NCBI RefSeq assembly: GCF_006345805.1
Contig: NC_043017.1
Span: 32,240,001 to 32,304,000, forward strand
DNA from: Octopus sinensis
Lineage: Eukaryota
Direction of reading: 5' to 3'
Length of the DNA: 64,000 bases
The notes beneath the pieces were generated by a model. It did no database searches. It was not told the origin of the DNA and saw nothing but the letters and a program-made list of their open reading frames with translations. This document shows positions 1 to 12,728 of the stretch, piece after piece. The translations under genes were made by a program, and so were the position numbers. Position 1 is the first letter of the stretch. Each line of letters begins with the position of its first letter.

Positions 1-158
1 CACTGCCTTTAGTCAAGCAAATCGCCCCCGGGGACTTATTCTTTGTAAGCCCAGTACTTATTCTATCGGTTTCTTTTGCCGAACTGCTAAGTGATGGAGA
101 CGTAAACAGACCAGCATTGGTTGTCAAGCGATGTTGTGGGACAAACACAGACACATAA

Positions 159-218
<60 letters not shown>

Positions 219-345
219 GACAGGCTTCTTTCAGCTTCCGTCTACCAAATCCACTCGCAAGGCATTGGTCGGCCCGGGGCTATAGCAGAAGACACTTGCC
301 CAAGATGCCACGCAGTGGGACTGAACCCGGAACCCTGTGGTTGTT
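1..345 (-). mobile_element. SINE family A copy (tRNA-derived, internal (TA)n/(TG)n), cut by window edge
   Basis: Reverse complement of the family consensus seen 15+ times here (GGCGCAGGAGTGGCTGTGTGG...GGTTCAGTCCC...GAAACAAGTAAAAGAG). Confidence 0.85.
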
Positions 346-956
346 TATTCATTTTTATTTTGTCTTATCTCTCCAATTTTTTAGGGAAATTAACCCTAAA
401 GTGATGCTTACTGTGATAAAATGTAGCAACGAGAATGATGACCCTTTATCCTCATTCTCATGATCCTTTGTCTTGGTTCTTTCAATTGATTGTAGCCCTG
501 ATGTGACTGTGACTGTCTGAGCTCATTAGGACTTGCAAATCCATTTTGATGTCTCTTGACCATATCACCCTTTGTTAGCTCTGTTTTAAATCCTTACCCG
601 TACTTTGATACAGAGTGATGACTAACCACAGAGCTGTATGGTGCATGAAGGCTGATTTCAAAATGCTGAACCTTAGAAACGAGATGGCAGAGGACTGAGA
701 CATGTAGTGCATTGCCGTACTTGAGAAGACCCGCCCACCACAACAGAATTGAGATCTTAAAATCGAAGTGCCACCACATAAAAGTTACCAATGCTGGTGC
801 CAGGTAAAAAGCATTCGTGTGAGTGCTGGTGCCTTGTAAAAAGCACTGGTGATGGATCCATATAAAAAGCACCCAGTACACTTTGTAAAGTGGTTGGAAT
901 TAGGAAGGGCGACCAGTTTCTGACCTTTCTGTGCAGTTTCTGACCTTGCCAGTTCC

Positions 957-1182
957 TATTCCTTTACTACCCACAAGGGGCTAAACACAGAGAGGACAAA
1001 CAAGGACAGACAAACGGATTAAGTCGATTAGATCAACCCCAGTGCGTAACTGGTACTTAATTTATCGACCCTAAAAGGATGAAAGGCAAAGTCGACCTTG
1101 GCGGAATTTGAACTCAGAACGTAACGGCAGACAAAATATCGCAAAGTATTTCGCCCGGTGTGCTAACGATTCTGCCAGTTCC
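957..1182 (-). mobile_element. SINE family B copy (tRNA head, Meta-domain-like core, Tx1-like tail)
   Basis: Matches the other B copies; TGCCAGTTCC is repeated at 947-956 and 1173-1182 (TSD overlapping a truncated head). Confidence 0.85.
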
Positions 1183-1629
1183 TGTCCAACCCATGCCAGC
1201 ATAGAAAACAAACACCAAATGATGATGATCACTCCATAGGTCAGCATCAATTCATTATGATATTTCTTTGACCCATATACTAATGTGCAAATTGGACTTT
1301 TCTCTGACAATATCAACCCATGTTTTGATTGAGTCTTCAGTTTTTAAAAATGCAGGAAAAACTATCTTAAACATTTATTTCCTTTTGGCTGAGAATTCTT
1401 CTTGAGAAATTTGTTTTGAATGAGGTTTCACTTTGCAAAAACTAATGTACAAATGGATTCCAGCATTTCACTCTTTGCAAAAGTAACCATAGTTGTTGTT
1501 ACTGCTATCTTTAAAAGTACTTGTTAGAATGTTTGGAATCTTTTTATTTTAATTTCTTTATTGTTCACAAAACCCTTCATTTTCTCCTTTCTGAACCTCC
1601 ATTTGTGTGATTTGATTTTACATTCTCTT

Positions 1630-1852
1630 TTACTCTTTTCTCTTTTACTCGTTTCAGTCATTTGACTGCGGCCATGCTGGAGCACCACCTTTATTCAAGC
1701 AAATCGACCCCAGGACTTATTCTTTGTAAGCCCAGTACTTATTCTATCGGCCTCTTTTGCCGAACCGCTAAGTGATGGGGACGTAAACACACCAGCATCG
1801 GTTGTCAAGCAATGCTAGGGGGACAAACACAGACACACAAACATATACACAC

Positions 1853-1919
<67 letters not shown>

Positions 1920-2092
1920 CACATATATACGACAGGCTTCTTTCAGTTTCCGTCTACCAAATCCACTCACAGGGCATTGGTCGGCCCGGGGCTATAGCAG
2001 AAGACACTTGCCCAAGATGCCATGCGGTGGGACTGAACCCGGAACCATGTGGTTGGTTAGCATGCTACTTACCACACAGCCACTCCTGCACC
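1630..2092 (-). mobile_element. SINE family A, full length
   Basis: Complete head, internal (TA)n and GAGTAAAA-type tail. Confidence 0.9.
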
Positions 2093-2844
2093 TATACTTA
2101 CCACACAGTAAGAAGAAGAAGTAGAAGAACAAGAACAACAACAACAGCAGCAGGAGCACTAAGAGCAGTGGTAACAGCAACTGTGTAGACAAATAAGAAA
2201 CCTGTGAAGTAGTAGTAGTAGTAGTAGTAGCAGCAGCAGCAGCAGCAGTAGTAGTGGTGGTGGTGGTGGTGGTGGTAGTAGTAGTAGTAGTAAATAGTAT
2301 TCTTGATAACAATGATAAAAAAATAATCTTTAAAAAAAAACACAAAAAAAAATGTGCCCCCCAAAATGTATGTTTATTGAAATGCTAGAAAGATATTTTA
2401 AACTAGGATTTCTGCAACTGATTTATTATAGAGACTGCAATACTGAAGAATATTCTGCATCTCAGTTTATGCGTTCTTGTATATTTTATTTGTGTCGATG
2501 CACGTTACGCATTTGTGCCTATATATGTATTTACTTGTGTGTGTGTGTGTGTGTGTGATGTACAAATGTTCTGAGCATTTATTTTCATGAAGGAATGATT
2601 TTTGTTTTTTCTATGTGCTTCTCCGGATTGCTGCTCTTTGATTTTTCTTAAACAAAATGTAAATGCTAATGCGAGAGTAATAAATTTATTTTTAAAACAG
2701 AAATGGTTTTTATTTAACATTATAAGTTGTTTTGCTTGCCTTAATTTTTTTTTGAGAAAAAGAAAAGTGTGAAAAAAAAAAGTGTGTTTTTTTGGGAAAA
2801 AATATATTTATTTGCATAAATATATATACATATATAGAAGTAAG

Positions 2845-3302
2845 TATGTGGGTCCATGCATGCTGGCGTGTGTGTGTGCATGGGCATGTGTGTGTGTGTG
2901 CATGTGTGTGTGTTTGCGCGTGTGTGCGTGTGTGCATGTGTGTGCGTGTGTGCGTCTGTGCATGTGTATGCATGTGTGTGTGTGCACGTGTGCATATGTG
3001 TGTGTGTGCATGTGTGTGTGTGTGTGCATGTGTGTGCACGTGTGCATATGTGTGTGTGTGTGCATGTGTGTGTGTGTGTGTGCGTGTGTGTGTGCATGTG
3101 TGTGCGTGTGTGCGTGTGTGCATGTGTGTGTGTGTGTGTGTGTTCTTGTGTGCATGTGTGTATGCATGTGCATGTGTGTGTGTGTGCTTGTGTGCATGTG
3201 TGTGTGTGCATGTGTGTGTATGTGTGTGTGTGTGTGTGCATGTGTGCATGTGTATGTGTGTGTGTGTGTGTGTGCATGTGTGTGTGTGTATGTGTGTGTG
3301 TG
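2845..3302. repeat. Degenerate (TG)n/(TGCA) microsatellite, about 450 bp
   Basis: Directly visible alternating purine-pyrimidine tract. Confidence 0.95.
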
Positions 3303-3893
3303 GGGTGTTTGGACTAAATTTGACAATTCTTTATGTCTTCTTTTTCAGGAACAGCTTGGTGTATTGGTAAAAATTCTACGATGTTGAAAAGCATAAAGAT
3401 TAAAGAATAAAGATTAAAGATGTAGTTGATAAAAATTTAGCTAACATGGAGGAGTAGAAGCCATCGGAATATTGGAAAAGAATTACCTGTATCATAATAA
3501 TTCACACCAGGCATCAAAATCCTTATGTAATTACAGCTGCTCAATGCTGTGAACACTGCAAAAGCTGTGAGATATGGCATGGTTAGCTGCGACAGTGACT
3601 ATGAATCCATGGCCAATAAGAAGGGACCCACTCGGCGTTCACATGCCAGAATTCATTGCCAAATTCATCACCAAACCCTGGCTGGAGAAGGCTACTGCTA
3701 GAAGGCTTTATATGTGGTAGAAGAATTCAGCCCCTTGCCATACTTTTGGAATAAGACAGAAATGGTTGTCAGAGAATTTCTACAACTTCACCTGTCCCAA
3801 TTTCTCACTTTGTAATTTTCCTGGTTGTAATCTCATGGATTACAATGTGTAGGGTACAGTTGAGAATGATACCAACTATTCTGCTTGCATTAC

Positions 3894-4492
3894 CTATTTC
3901 TTTACTACCACAAGGGGCTACACACAGAGAGGACAAACAAGGACAGACAAACGTATTAAGTCGATTACATCGACCCCAGTGCGTAACTGGTACTTAAATT
4001 ATCGACCCCGGAAGGATGAAAGGCAAAGTGGACCTCGGTGAAATTTGAACTCACAACATAACGGCAGACGAAATACCTATTTCTTTACTACCCACAAGGG
4101 GCTAAACACAGAGAGAACAAGCAAGGACAGACAAACGGATTAAGTCGATTACATCGACGCCAGTGCATAACTGGTACTTAATTTATCGATCCCAGAAGAA
4201 TGAAAGGCAAAGTCGACCTCGGCGGAATTTGAACCCAGAATGTAACGGCGGACGAAATACCTGTTTCTTTACTACCCACAAGGGGCTAAACACAGAGAGG
4301 ACAAATAAGTACAGACAAACGGATTAAGTTGATTACATCGACCTCATTGCGTAACTGGTACTTAATTTATCGACCCTGGAAGAATAAAAAGCAAAGCCGT
4401 TCTCGGCAGAATTTGAACTCAGAACGTAACGGCAGACGAAATACGGCTATGCATCTAGCCCGGCATGCTAACATTTCTGCCAGCTCGCCGCC
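3894..4492 (-). mobile_element. SINE B head-to-tail trimer (one head, three ~185-bp bodies)
   Basis: Units start near 3894, 4078 and 4261, joined by GAAATACC|TATTTC-type junctions; a single head at 4445-4492. Confidence 0.9.
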
Positions 4493-4496
4493 TGGT

Positions 4497-4745
4497 GGCC
4501 AAGACCAAGGAGGTTTCCAAAGACCTTAACAGTGATACAGTGGGGAATGCATGTACCAGGTTCCAGAGTCGTCTAGAGACGTTGGTGGAAGCTGAGGGTG
4601 GCTACTATGAGCAAGCTGTTATCTCCCAGCCATAAACTTGTTGATAACTTTTGATTTTTCAAAAAAACTTATATTTTGGGATGGGTTCTTGTTTCCTTTT
4701 CCTTTTATGTAACCTTCAAAGTTTAGCCCCTGAACCCTGTGTAAA
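4497..4745 (+). mobile_element. 3' remnant of a Tc1/mariner-superfamily (maT-like) DNA transposon
   Basis: Translates as ..EVSKDLNSDTVGNACTRFQSRLETLVEAEGGYYE, the typical C-terminus of these transposases; ends in a TIR-like AACCCTGTGTA. Confidence 0.6.
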
Positions 4746-4747
4746 GG

Positions 4748-4895
4748 TGCAGAGGTGGCTGTGTGGTTAAGAAGTTCGTTTCCCAGCCCCATGGATCCAA
4801 ATTCAGTCCCAATGTGTGCTACTTTGGTAAGTGTCTTCCACTACAGCCGCAGGCTAACCGGAACTTTGTGCATGCATTTGGTCGACAGAAACCAA
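4748..4895 (+). mobile_element. Diverged SINE A-like 5' half leading into the (TATG)n array
   Basis: GTGGCTGTGTGGTTAAG...TTCAGTCCCA...GTGTCTTCCACTA resembles the family A head. Confidence 0.65.
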
Positions 4896-4959
4896 AATAA
4901 GCCCATCCTACATATATATATGGTTTTGCATGTGTGCGTCTGTGGCAAATACAGACATA

Positions 4960-5033
4960 TACATGTATGTATGTATGTATGTATGTATGTATGTATGTAT
5001 GTATGTATGTATATATGTGTGTGTGTGCATGTG

Positions 5034-5065
<32 letters not shown>

Positions 5066-5862
5066 TGTATGTATGTATGTATGGAGGTATGGAGGTATGA
5101 ATGTATGGAGGTATGTATGTATGTATGCATGTATGTATGTATGTATGTATGTTATGTATGTATGTATGTATGTATGTATGTATGTATGTATGTATGTGTG
5201 AATGTATGTATGTATGTATGGAGGTATGTATGTATGTATGTATGTATGTATGTATGTATGTATGTATGTGTGAATGTATGTATGTATGTATGGAGGTATG
5301 TATGTATGTATGTATGTATGTATGTATGTATGTATGTATGTATGGAGGTATGTATGTATGTATGTATGTATGCATGTATGTATGTATGCATGTATGTATG
5401 TATGTATGTATGTATGTATGTATGCATGCATGCATGCATCATGCATGTATGTATGTATGTATGTATGTAGTATGTATGTATGCATGTATGTATGTATGAA
5501 TGTATGTATGTATGGAGGTATGTATGTATGTATGTATGCATGCATGTATGTATGTATGTATGTATGTATGTATGTAGTATGTATGTATGTAGTATGTATG
5601 TATGTATGTATGTATGTATGTATTTGTATGCATGTATGTATGAATGTATGTATGTATGTATGTATGCTGTATGTATGTATGTATGTATGTATGTATGTAT
5701 GTATTATGTATGGAGGTATGTATGTATGCATGTATGCATGTATGTATGTATGTATGTATGTGTATGTATGTATGTATGTATGTATGTATGTATGTATGTA
5801 TGTATGTGTGTGTGTATGTATGTATGTATGTATGTGTGAATGTATGTATGTATGTATGTATG

Positions 5863-5896
<34 letters not shown>

Positions 5897-6475
5897 TGTA
5901 TGTTTGTATGTATGTATGTATGTATATATGTATGTATGTATGTATGTTTGTATGTATGTATGTATGTATGTGTGTGTGTATGTATGTATGTATGTATGTG
6001 TGAATGTATGTGTGTATGTATGCATGTATGTATGTATGTATGTATGTATGTATGTGTGTATATGTATGTATGTGTGTGGGTGCGTGTGCATGTGTATATA
6101 TATGTGTATATATATGATGTGTGTGTGTATATACACACTTATTTACAAAGATATATATGTATGTATATATATATATATATATATATACATATATATGTAT
6201 TTATATTTATATATATATATATAATATTTATGTATATATATATATATAATATATATATATCTATATATATTCATATATATGTATTTATAGTTATATATAT
6301 ATATATTTTTTTATATATATATATATATATACATACACATACACACATAATATATTACATACACATACATACATACATACATACATACATACAAGCATAC
6401 ATACATACATACATACATACATACATACATTCATACATACATACATACATACATACATACATACATACATACGTG
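4960..6475. repeat. (TATG)n array of about 1.1 kb, then (TA)n, then inverted (CATA)n at 6360-6470
   Basis: Directly visible. Confidence 0.95.
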
Positions 6476-6847
6476 CACACACATGTATTTGAGCGTATAC
6501 ACATGTATTTGTGTTCAAGTGTATGAATGATTAAATTGCCTTGAATAGCATTAAATTAATAAGCAATAGGCAATAAAGTTGAACCTGACATTTTCCCTCT
6601 TCGCTTTGTCAATTTTGCTTTCAGTTTTCCAAAACAAATGAATAAAAAGTGATGCTGATTATGTCAATATACAAAATTAATTTTCTACATGAATGTCAAA
6701 CTTTGTATTTAATATAAGAAGAATAGATTTAGCATTTTCTTTTCAAAAAGTGGCGTTGGGGAGGGATTATGAAGACGGAAACAAAACAAAGAATTCCATA
6801 TTCAAAAGCTGGAATAATAAACAACCACGACAACATCAGCAGTAGCA

Positions 6848-6880
<33 letters not shown>

Positions 6881-6960
6881 TTATCGTCACCATCGTCATC
6901 ATCATCATCATCATCGTCATCATCATCAATCGTCATCATCATCATCATCATCATCATCGT

Positions 6961-7284
6961 TACTCTTTTACTCTTTTACTCTTTTACTTGTTTCAGTCAT
7001 TTTGACTGCGGCCATGCTGGAGCACCGCCTCTTAATCGAGCAAATCGACCCCGGGACTTATTCTTTTTGGAAGCCCAGTACTTATTCTATCGGTCTCTTT
7101 TTGCCGAACCGCTAAGTAACGGGGACGCAAACACACCAGCATCGGTTGTCAAGCAATGCTAGGGGGACAAACACAGGCACACAAACATACATGCACATAC
7201 ATATATATACATATATACGTAGTGGGACTGAACCCGGAACCATGTGGTTGGTAAACAAGCTACTTACCACACAGCCACTCCTGT
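6961..7284 (-). mobile_element. SINE A with internal deletion
   Basis: Tail and head present; the segment between the microsatellite and the B-box is missing. Confidence 0.85.
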
Positions 7285-7507
7285 GTACAATTTCAGCAAA
7301 CAAATTCTTCCTTTAACCTTCTCAACTTTTCAATCCAATGTTATTATTTATAGCTTGATGTGTGAGCTGTGAGATATTCCGTAAAAGAATTAGTCCATAT
7401 TTCCATGTAATTTCGCAAGTTTCTTACGATGTTGACAAGTGTTGTTGTTGTCATCATTGTCATCATCTTCATCATCTTCATCATCATTACCAGTATTATT
7501 ATTATTT

Positions 7508-7720
7508 GGCAGTGAGCTGGCAGAATTATTAGCACACCAAGTGAAATACTTAGTGGCATTTCAATCGTCTTCATATTCTGAGTTCAAATGCTGCTGGGGT
7601 TGACTTTGCTTTTCATCCATTTGGAGCCAATAAAACAAGTACCAGTTGAATTCTGGGGTTGATGTAATTGACTTATTCCCTCTCCCAAAATTTCAGGCTT
7701 CGTGCCTATCGTAGAAAGGG
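7508..7720 (+). mobile_element. Older SINE B-related copy with an alternative tail running into (ATT)n
   Basis: GGCAGTGAGCTGGCAGAA head, GAGTTCAAAT B-box and GCTTTTCATCC core; the 3' end differs (CCCAAAATTTCAGGC...AGAAAGG). Confidence 0.75.
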
Positions 7721-7924
7721 TTCTTCTTCTTCTTCTTCTTCTTATTATTATTATTATTATTATATTATCTTATCATTATTATTATTATTATCATTATCAT
7801 TATTATTATTATTATATTATTATTATTATATTATCATTATCATTATTATTATTTTATTATTATTATCATTATCATTATTATTATCTTATTATTATCATTA
7901 TATCATTATTATTATTATATTATT

Positions 7925-8720
7925 ACTTTTTTTTTTCTTCTTTCCAATTTTCTTCCATTTCTTGCCGAGTGTCTTCCCGACTCCTAGGCAAAGAAACTCA
8001 TAGTGTATATTGGTAGGCCATTAAACCAAACTCAGTAGTTCGTTCATATTTTTTTTTTTTTAAAGTTAAATTAAAATACATGAGCAGCAACAGTTCTCAC
8101 ATCGACAATGCTCTTCTCAATATGTGTGATGTACCTTATATTTATGTCATTTTCCGTTGCGTGCTTGATCGCGCTTATTTCACTGTCTGTGAGTCTGTTA
8201 TTTCTAAAGATATCCCTCCTCACATTTGCTAATTTGTTCTCGTCCAATAGGGCCTACTGTCTTGATTCCGTGTTCTCCATATACTGTAAGAGTTTGCGGT
8301 GTGTCTCTCTTGAGATGGCCTACCTAATGCATAGTAATAAGCGTATATACTTCTTTATACTCTTCTCGGGTCCATTTGTTCCGCTTACATTTTTCTTTCT
8401 GTGGTGGTTGTGGTGGTGAACTTGGAGGGCTCGAGTTGGGGATTTCCCGTTCAAGTGACCATCCATGTCCGTATTCGGAGAAGAGTTTGTACCAGTTGAT
8501 GACTTTTCGATCCCAGGCTGGCTCTTCCCTGGGGGACGCGCTTCCAGATTAACCATGGACAAGCGATTTGGTATACTGATTTAGTTTTCCTTTTAGTTTC
8601 CAAAAACATTTTGGTGCTACGATAATGTTATCATTTTTGAGCTTTGATTGGCTCGTGGGGAGACGGCCATCATTGCCGTTACAATTATAATCGTACCATT
8701 ATAGCAGCCGTAGTCGGCTT
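7925..8720 (-). mobile_element. Internally deleted R4/Dong-clade non-LTR retrotransposon (5' end fused to 3' end) in (TAA)n
   Basis: Minus strand, with two frameshifts: KRNKWTREEYKEV-IYAYYYALGRPSQERHTANSYSIWRTRNQDSRPY-LDENKLANVRRDIFRNNRLTDSEISAIK (R4/Dong-type N-terminus). It joins at about 8135 to GTSHILRRALSM* (stop 8097-8099, typical ORF end of this clade) and a 3' UTR. TAA repeats flank both sides. Confidence 0.75.
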
Positions 8721-8853
8721 ATTATTGTTATTATCATCACCATTACCATCACTATCATCATTATCACCACCATTACCATCATCATTATCATAATCACCAT
8801 CACCATCATCACCATCATCATCAATGATATTGTTTTATGTGTAGTCACAGCAG

Positions 8854-8912
<59 letters not shown>

Positions 8913-8913
8913 T

Positions 8914-8959
<46 letters not shown>

Positions 8960-8961
8960 TA

Positions 8962-8992
<31 letters not shown>

Positions 8993-9021
8993 CATTATCA
9001 TCATCATCATCATCATCATCA

Positions 9022-9079
<58 letters not shown>

Positions 9080-9084
9080 CATTA

Positions 9085-9146
<62 letters not shown>

Positions 9147-9218
9147 TTTATCATTATTAGGTTAATATAGAAAGGATTGAGGTAACTCCTTTTGAAGATT
9201 TAGAGTCAAAATTTTGAC

Positions 9219-9255
<37 letters not shown>

Positions 9256-9336
9256 AATTATTATTATTACTATTACTATTGTTATTATTATTATTACTAT
9301 TACTATTGCTATTATTATTACTACTACTACTACTAC

Positions 9337-9370
<34 letters not shown>

Positions 9371-9374
9371 ACTA

Positions 9375-9405
<31 letters not shown>

Positions 9406-9412
9406 TATTATT
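8720..9412. repeat. (ATT)n/(ATC)n/(ACT)n microsatellite complex
   Basis: Directly visible; interrupted by a ~60-bp unique segment at 9158-9220. Confidence 0.95.
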
Positions 9413-9716
9413 AACACCTGTAGTATGAAGATGTCAGTTTTCTCCACTCTTCAAGACATGATTAACTTCAACATTAAGAAAATGGGTTTTCATTGGCATA
9501 CCAGTAAAAGGAATTATATCTACAAAGGGAAAGTCTGTCCTCAAGACACAAGAGTAGACGCCAAACGAAAACAAGCAAAAGAAAAAAAATGTTTCATTTT
9601 ACAAACTTTGAAAATTTTATTTTCACCCATTATATTCTCTTAACCAAATTGCTTTCACACATACTTAGACTGCGTGGACTAAACACAGCATCAGCTAAAA
9701 AGAAACCACACTACAC

Positions 9717-9754
<38 letters not shown>

Positions 9755-9954
9755 CATACACACACACACAAACTCAGAACACATAATTGAATGTACAAAA
9801 TGGAGAAAATGAAGAGCTTAGTAAATAATTAATGGAAAAATGTCCCAAACACACAAAGTAAGTCGTATAAGTGGTTATGAAGACAGCAATAGTCCTAACC
9901 ACAACTAGTAGTGCACTTGGTGAGATTGTAAAGTTCACTTACGCAGTTGCTTTT

Positions 9955-10270
9955 AAGTTATCAACCACCTCACCAACAACAACACTGAACACCTTTTTGA
10001 TCTCCATGTGTCTAACACACGTGGACATGCCTACAAAGTCAGAAAACAATACAGCTCCCATGACTTTCGGAAACATTTTTTCACGCTCAGAGTTGCTGAA
10101 GCATGGAATAAACTGCCTGCGTCAGTTGTTGACTGCCATGACACTGCATCTTTTAAGGCCCTCATGCTTTCCGAAATCCGCCGAAACTACACCTGATTAT
10201 ATATACACTTTAGATGAGTTGTAGTGCACCTGAGCACTGTACACAATTATTATTATTATTATTATTATTA
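9955..10270 (+). mobile_element. CR1/L2-group LINE 3' end
   Basis: SNTRGHAYKVRKQYSSHDFRKHFFTLRVAEAWNKLPASVV..FK is the TRGH..FF..RV...WN.LP motif at the end of CR1-type ORF2; short 3' UTR and (ATT)n tail. Confidence 0.85.
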
Positions 10271-10364
10271 TTCCTAACATAAGTAGAACAAACAGAAATT
10301 TTAGATCTATCACAGTTACAAGAAAAACAATATACAGTTATATTTTCTGATCATTGACAGAGTG

Positions 10365-10825
10365 GCTATCTGGCTTCCATGCCAGTGGCACTTAAAAGGC
10401 ACCATTTGAGCGTGATCGTTACCTGTGTCGCATTACTGGCACTCGAGCCCCGTGCTAGTTGGATATTAAGAGCACCATCCAAATGTGATCGTTGCCAGAG
10501 CAGCTATCTGGCCTCCGTGCCGGTGGCACGTAAAAGACACCATTCGAGCATGATCATTACCAGCATCGCCTTACTGGCACTCACGCTGGTGGCATGTGTA
10601 AAAAGATTCAAGTGTCATCGTTGCAAGTCCCACCTGATTGGCCCCGTGCCAGTGGCATGTAAAAGCACACACTACACTCTCGGAGTGGTTGGCGTTAGGA
10701 AGGGCATCCAACAGTAGAAACTCTGCCAGATCAAGATTGAAGCCTGGTGCAGCCATCTGGTTCGCCAGCCATCAATCAAATCGTCCAACCCATGCTAGCA
10801 TGGAAAGCGGACATTAAATAATGAT
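10365..10825 (+). mobile_element. SINE family C (internal ~60-bp repeats, GGAAGGGCATCC core, CCATGCTAGCATGG hairpin, (GAT)n-type tail)
   Basis: Matches the other C copies. Confidence 0.8.
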
Positions 10826-11371
10826 TTTATCTTTTAATCTTTTTCAGCCACTGGACTACAGCCATGTTTGGGCACTGCATTGAGCAGGGGTTTTAGTTGA
10901 ACAAATCAAACTCAGGACTTAGTGTTCGAAATTGGGACTTATTCTATTGATCTCTTGTACTGAACCGCTAGGGAGGATGTAAACAAACCAACACTTGTTC
11001 AGCAGTGATGGGAGACATAAACAAACACTAAGACATGCACACACAGATTATGCAGCCTGGTGCAGCTCCTATCAATTTATCTGACCCATACCAGCATGGA
11101 AAACAGATGTATGGTGATGGTGATTATGATGATGGTGATGATGATGACTCCACACACACACAACACACACACACAAATGCATGCATCCATGCATACATAA
11201 TATATATATATATATATATAATAATATATATACATATATATATATATACATACATACATAATATATATACATATATATATATATATTATATACATACATA
11301 CATACGTATATGGTGTGTGTATGCAACTGCATACATACATACTTCTATATTTATGTATATGAATATCTCTA

Positions 11372-11408
<37 letters not shown>

Positions 11409-11877
11409 ATGTATAAACACACACACACATTTATATAAAACAGCAGCCCTTGCTTCTAAGACTTGTTTTGATCCATCCTTTTGTTTATGTAGGCACAATT
11501 CCATGCATCTCTTAATTTATCTTTATCAATATCTTGTTCTTCTAATGTTCCCATGCAAACACACACACACACATACATATGTTTGTCCAACTTTTTGTAT
11601 ATATATATATATACATACGTGTGTCTGTAAGCATGTGTGTGAAGCTGCTTACATATGCTTGTGTCCATCGTATCATAGCATTGTTTTCCCTGATCATATT
11701 TTTTCATCTTGTCTTACACTGATTTTGTGCCTATCTATCATCATGTAAATGATATCAATCAACTACAACAATCATATAACGAGGCAAATCCTAGCAATAT
11801 GAAAATACATAGATACATAAATGCATACATAGATACATACATAAATGTATATAATAATGTAAATAATATATAAATAT

Positions 11878-12240
11878 CATCATCATCATCATCATCGTTT
11901 AACGTCTACTTTCCATGCTAGCATGGGTTGGATAGTTCGACTGGGGTCTGGGAAGCCAGGAGGCTGCACCAGGCCCAGTCTGATCTGGCAGTGTTTCTAC
12001 AGCTGGATGCCCTTCCTAATGCCAACCACTCTGTGAGTGTAGTGGGTGCTTTTTACGTGCCACTGGCACAGGTGCCAGGTCAGGCTGCCAATGGCCACGA
12101 TCGGTTGGTGCTTTTTACGTGCCACCAGCATGGAGGCCAGTCGTGGTGGTGCTGGTAACGGCCACGTTAGGATGGTTCTTTTACGTGCCATCGGCACTGG
12201 TATCACAAGTACAATTTCCACTGATTTTTATCGATTCCGA
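11878..12240 (-). mobile_element. SINE family C
   Basis: (CAT)n-CGTTTAACGT start on + strand; core and internal repeats present. Confidence 0.85.
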
Positions 12241-12728
12241 TCAAAAAAAAAAAATATATATATATATATATATATGCATACAAACATATACATATTATCA
12301 TATACATATGTGTATTCAGTGCACGTAGGCATGTATGAATATATATATGAACATATGTATGTATGCATCTATACACACTCTCTATATACATACATAAATA
12401 GAGAAGTGAGCTTTATATATGCTTGCCTGATCATTGGTCATGTTAAGTCTCAAATTCTGTGCCACTTCACCATGCCCATCTCTGTTCTATACTGTTGTTC
12501 CTTCAATAATTATATCAGTGGTACCATTCTCTCCTGTGCAAAGGTGAATTCTTTCAATACCACTGACAATTCTTTACACTCATCTCTAAAATCTACATCC
12601 ACCGTTTCCATCATTTCTGTTACTTTTCCAAACCTCACCATCATCAGATTTACTTCTAGAAAACACAAGAGTCCTACTCCAACCTCAAATTTATCTCATC
12701 TCAACTATGATTAGCTGCTTTTACTAAC

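Noticed and set aside
2710-6526. Long His/Thr/Tyr- and Cys/Val/Met-rich ORFs (also 11035-11748, 50294-51525, 54980-57243)
   Set aside because: These are stop-free frames of (TG)n, (TATG)n, (TA)n and minisatellite DNA, open on both strands; no real protein signal.
12046-12714. 222-aa ORF
   Set aside because: It spans SINE C, a (TA)n tract and degraded flank.
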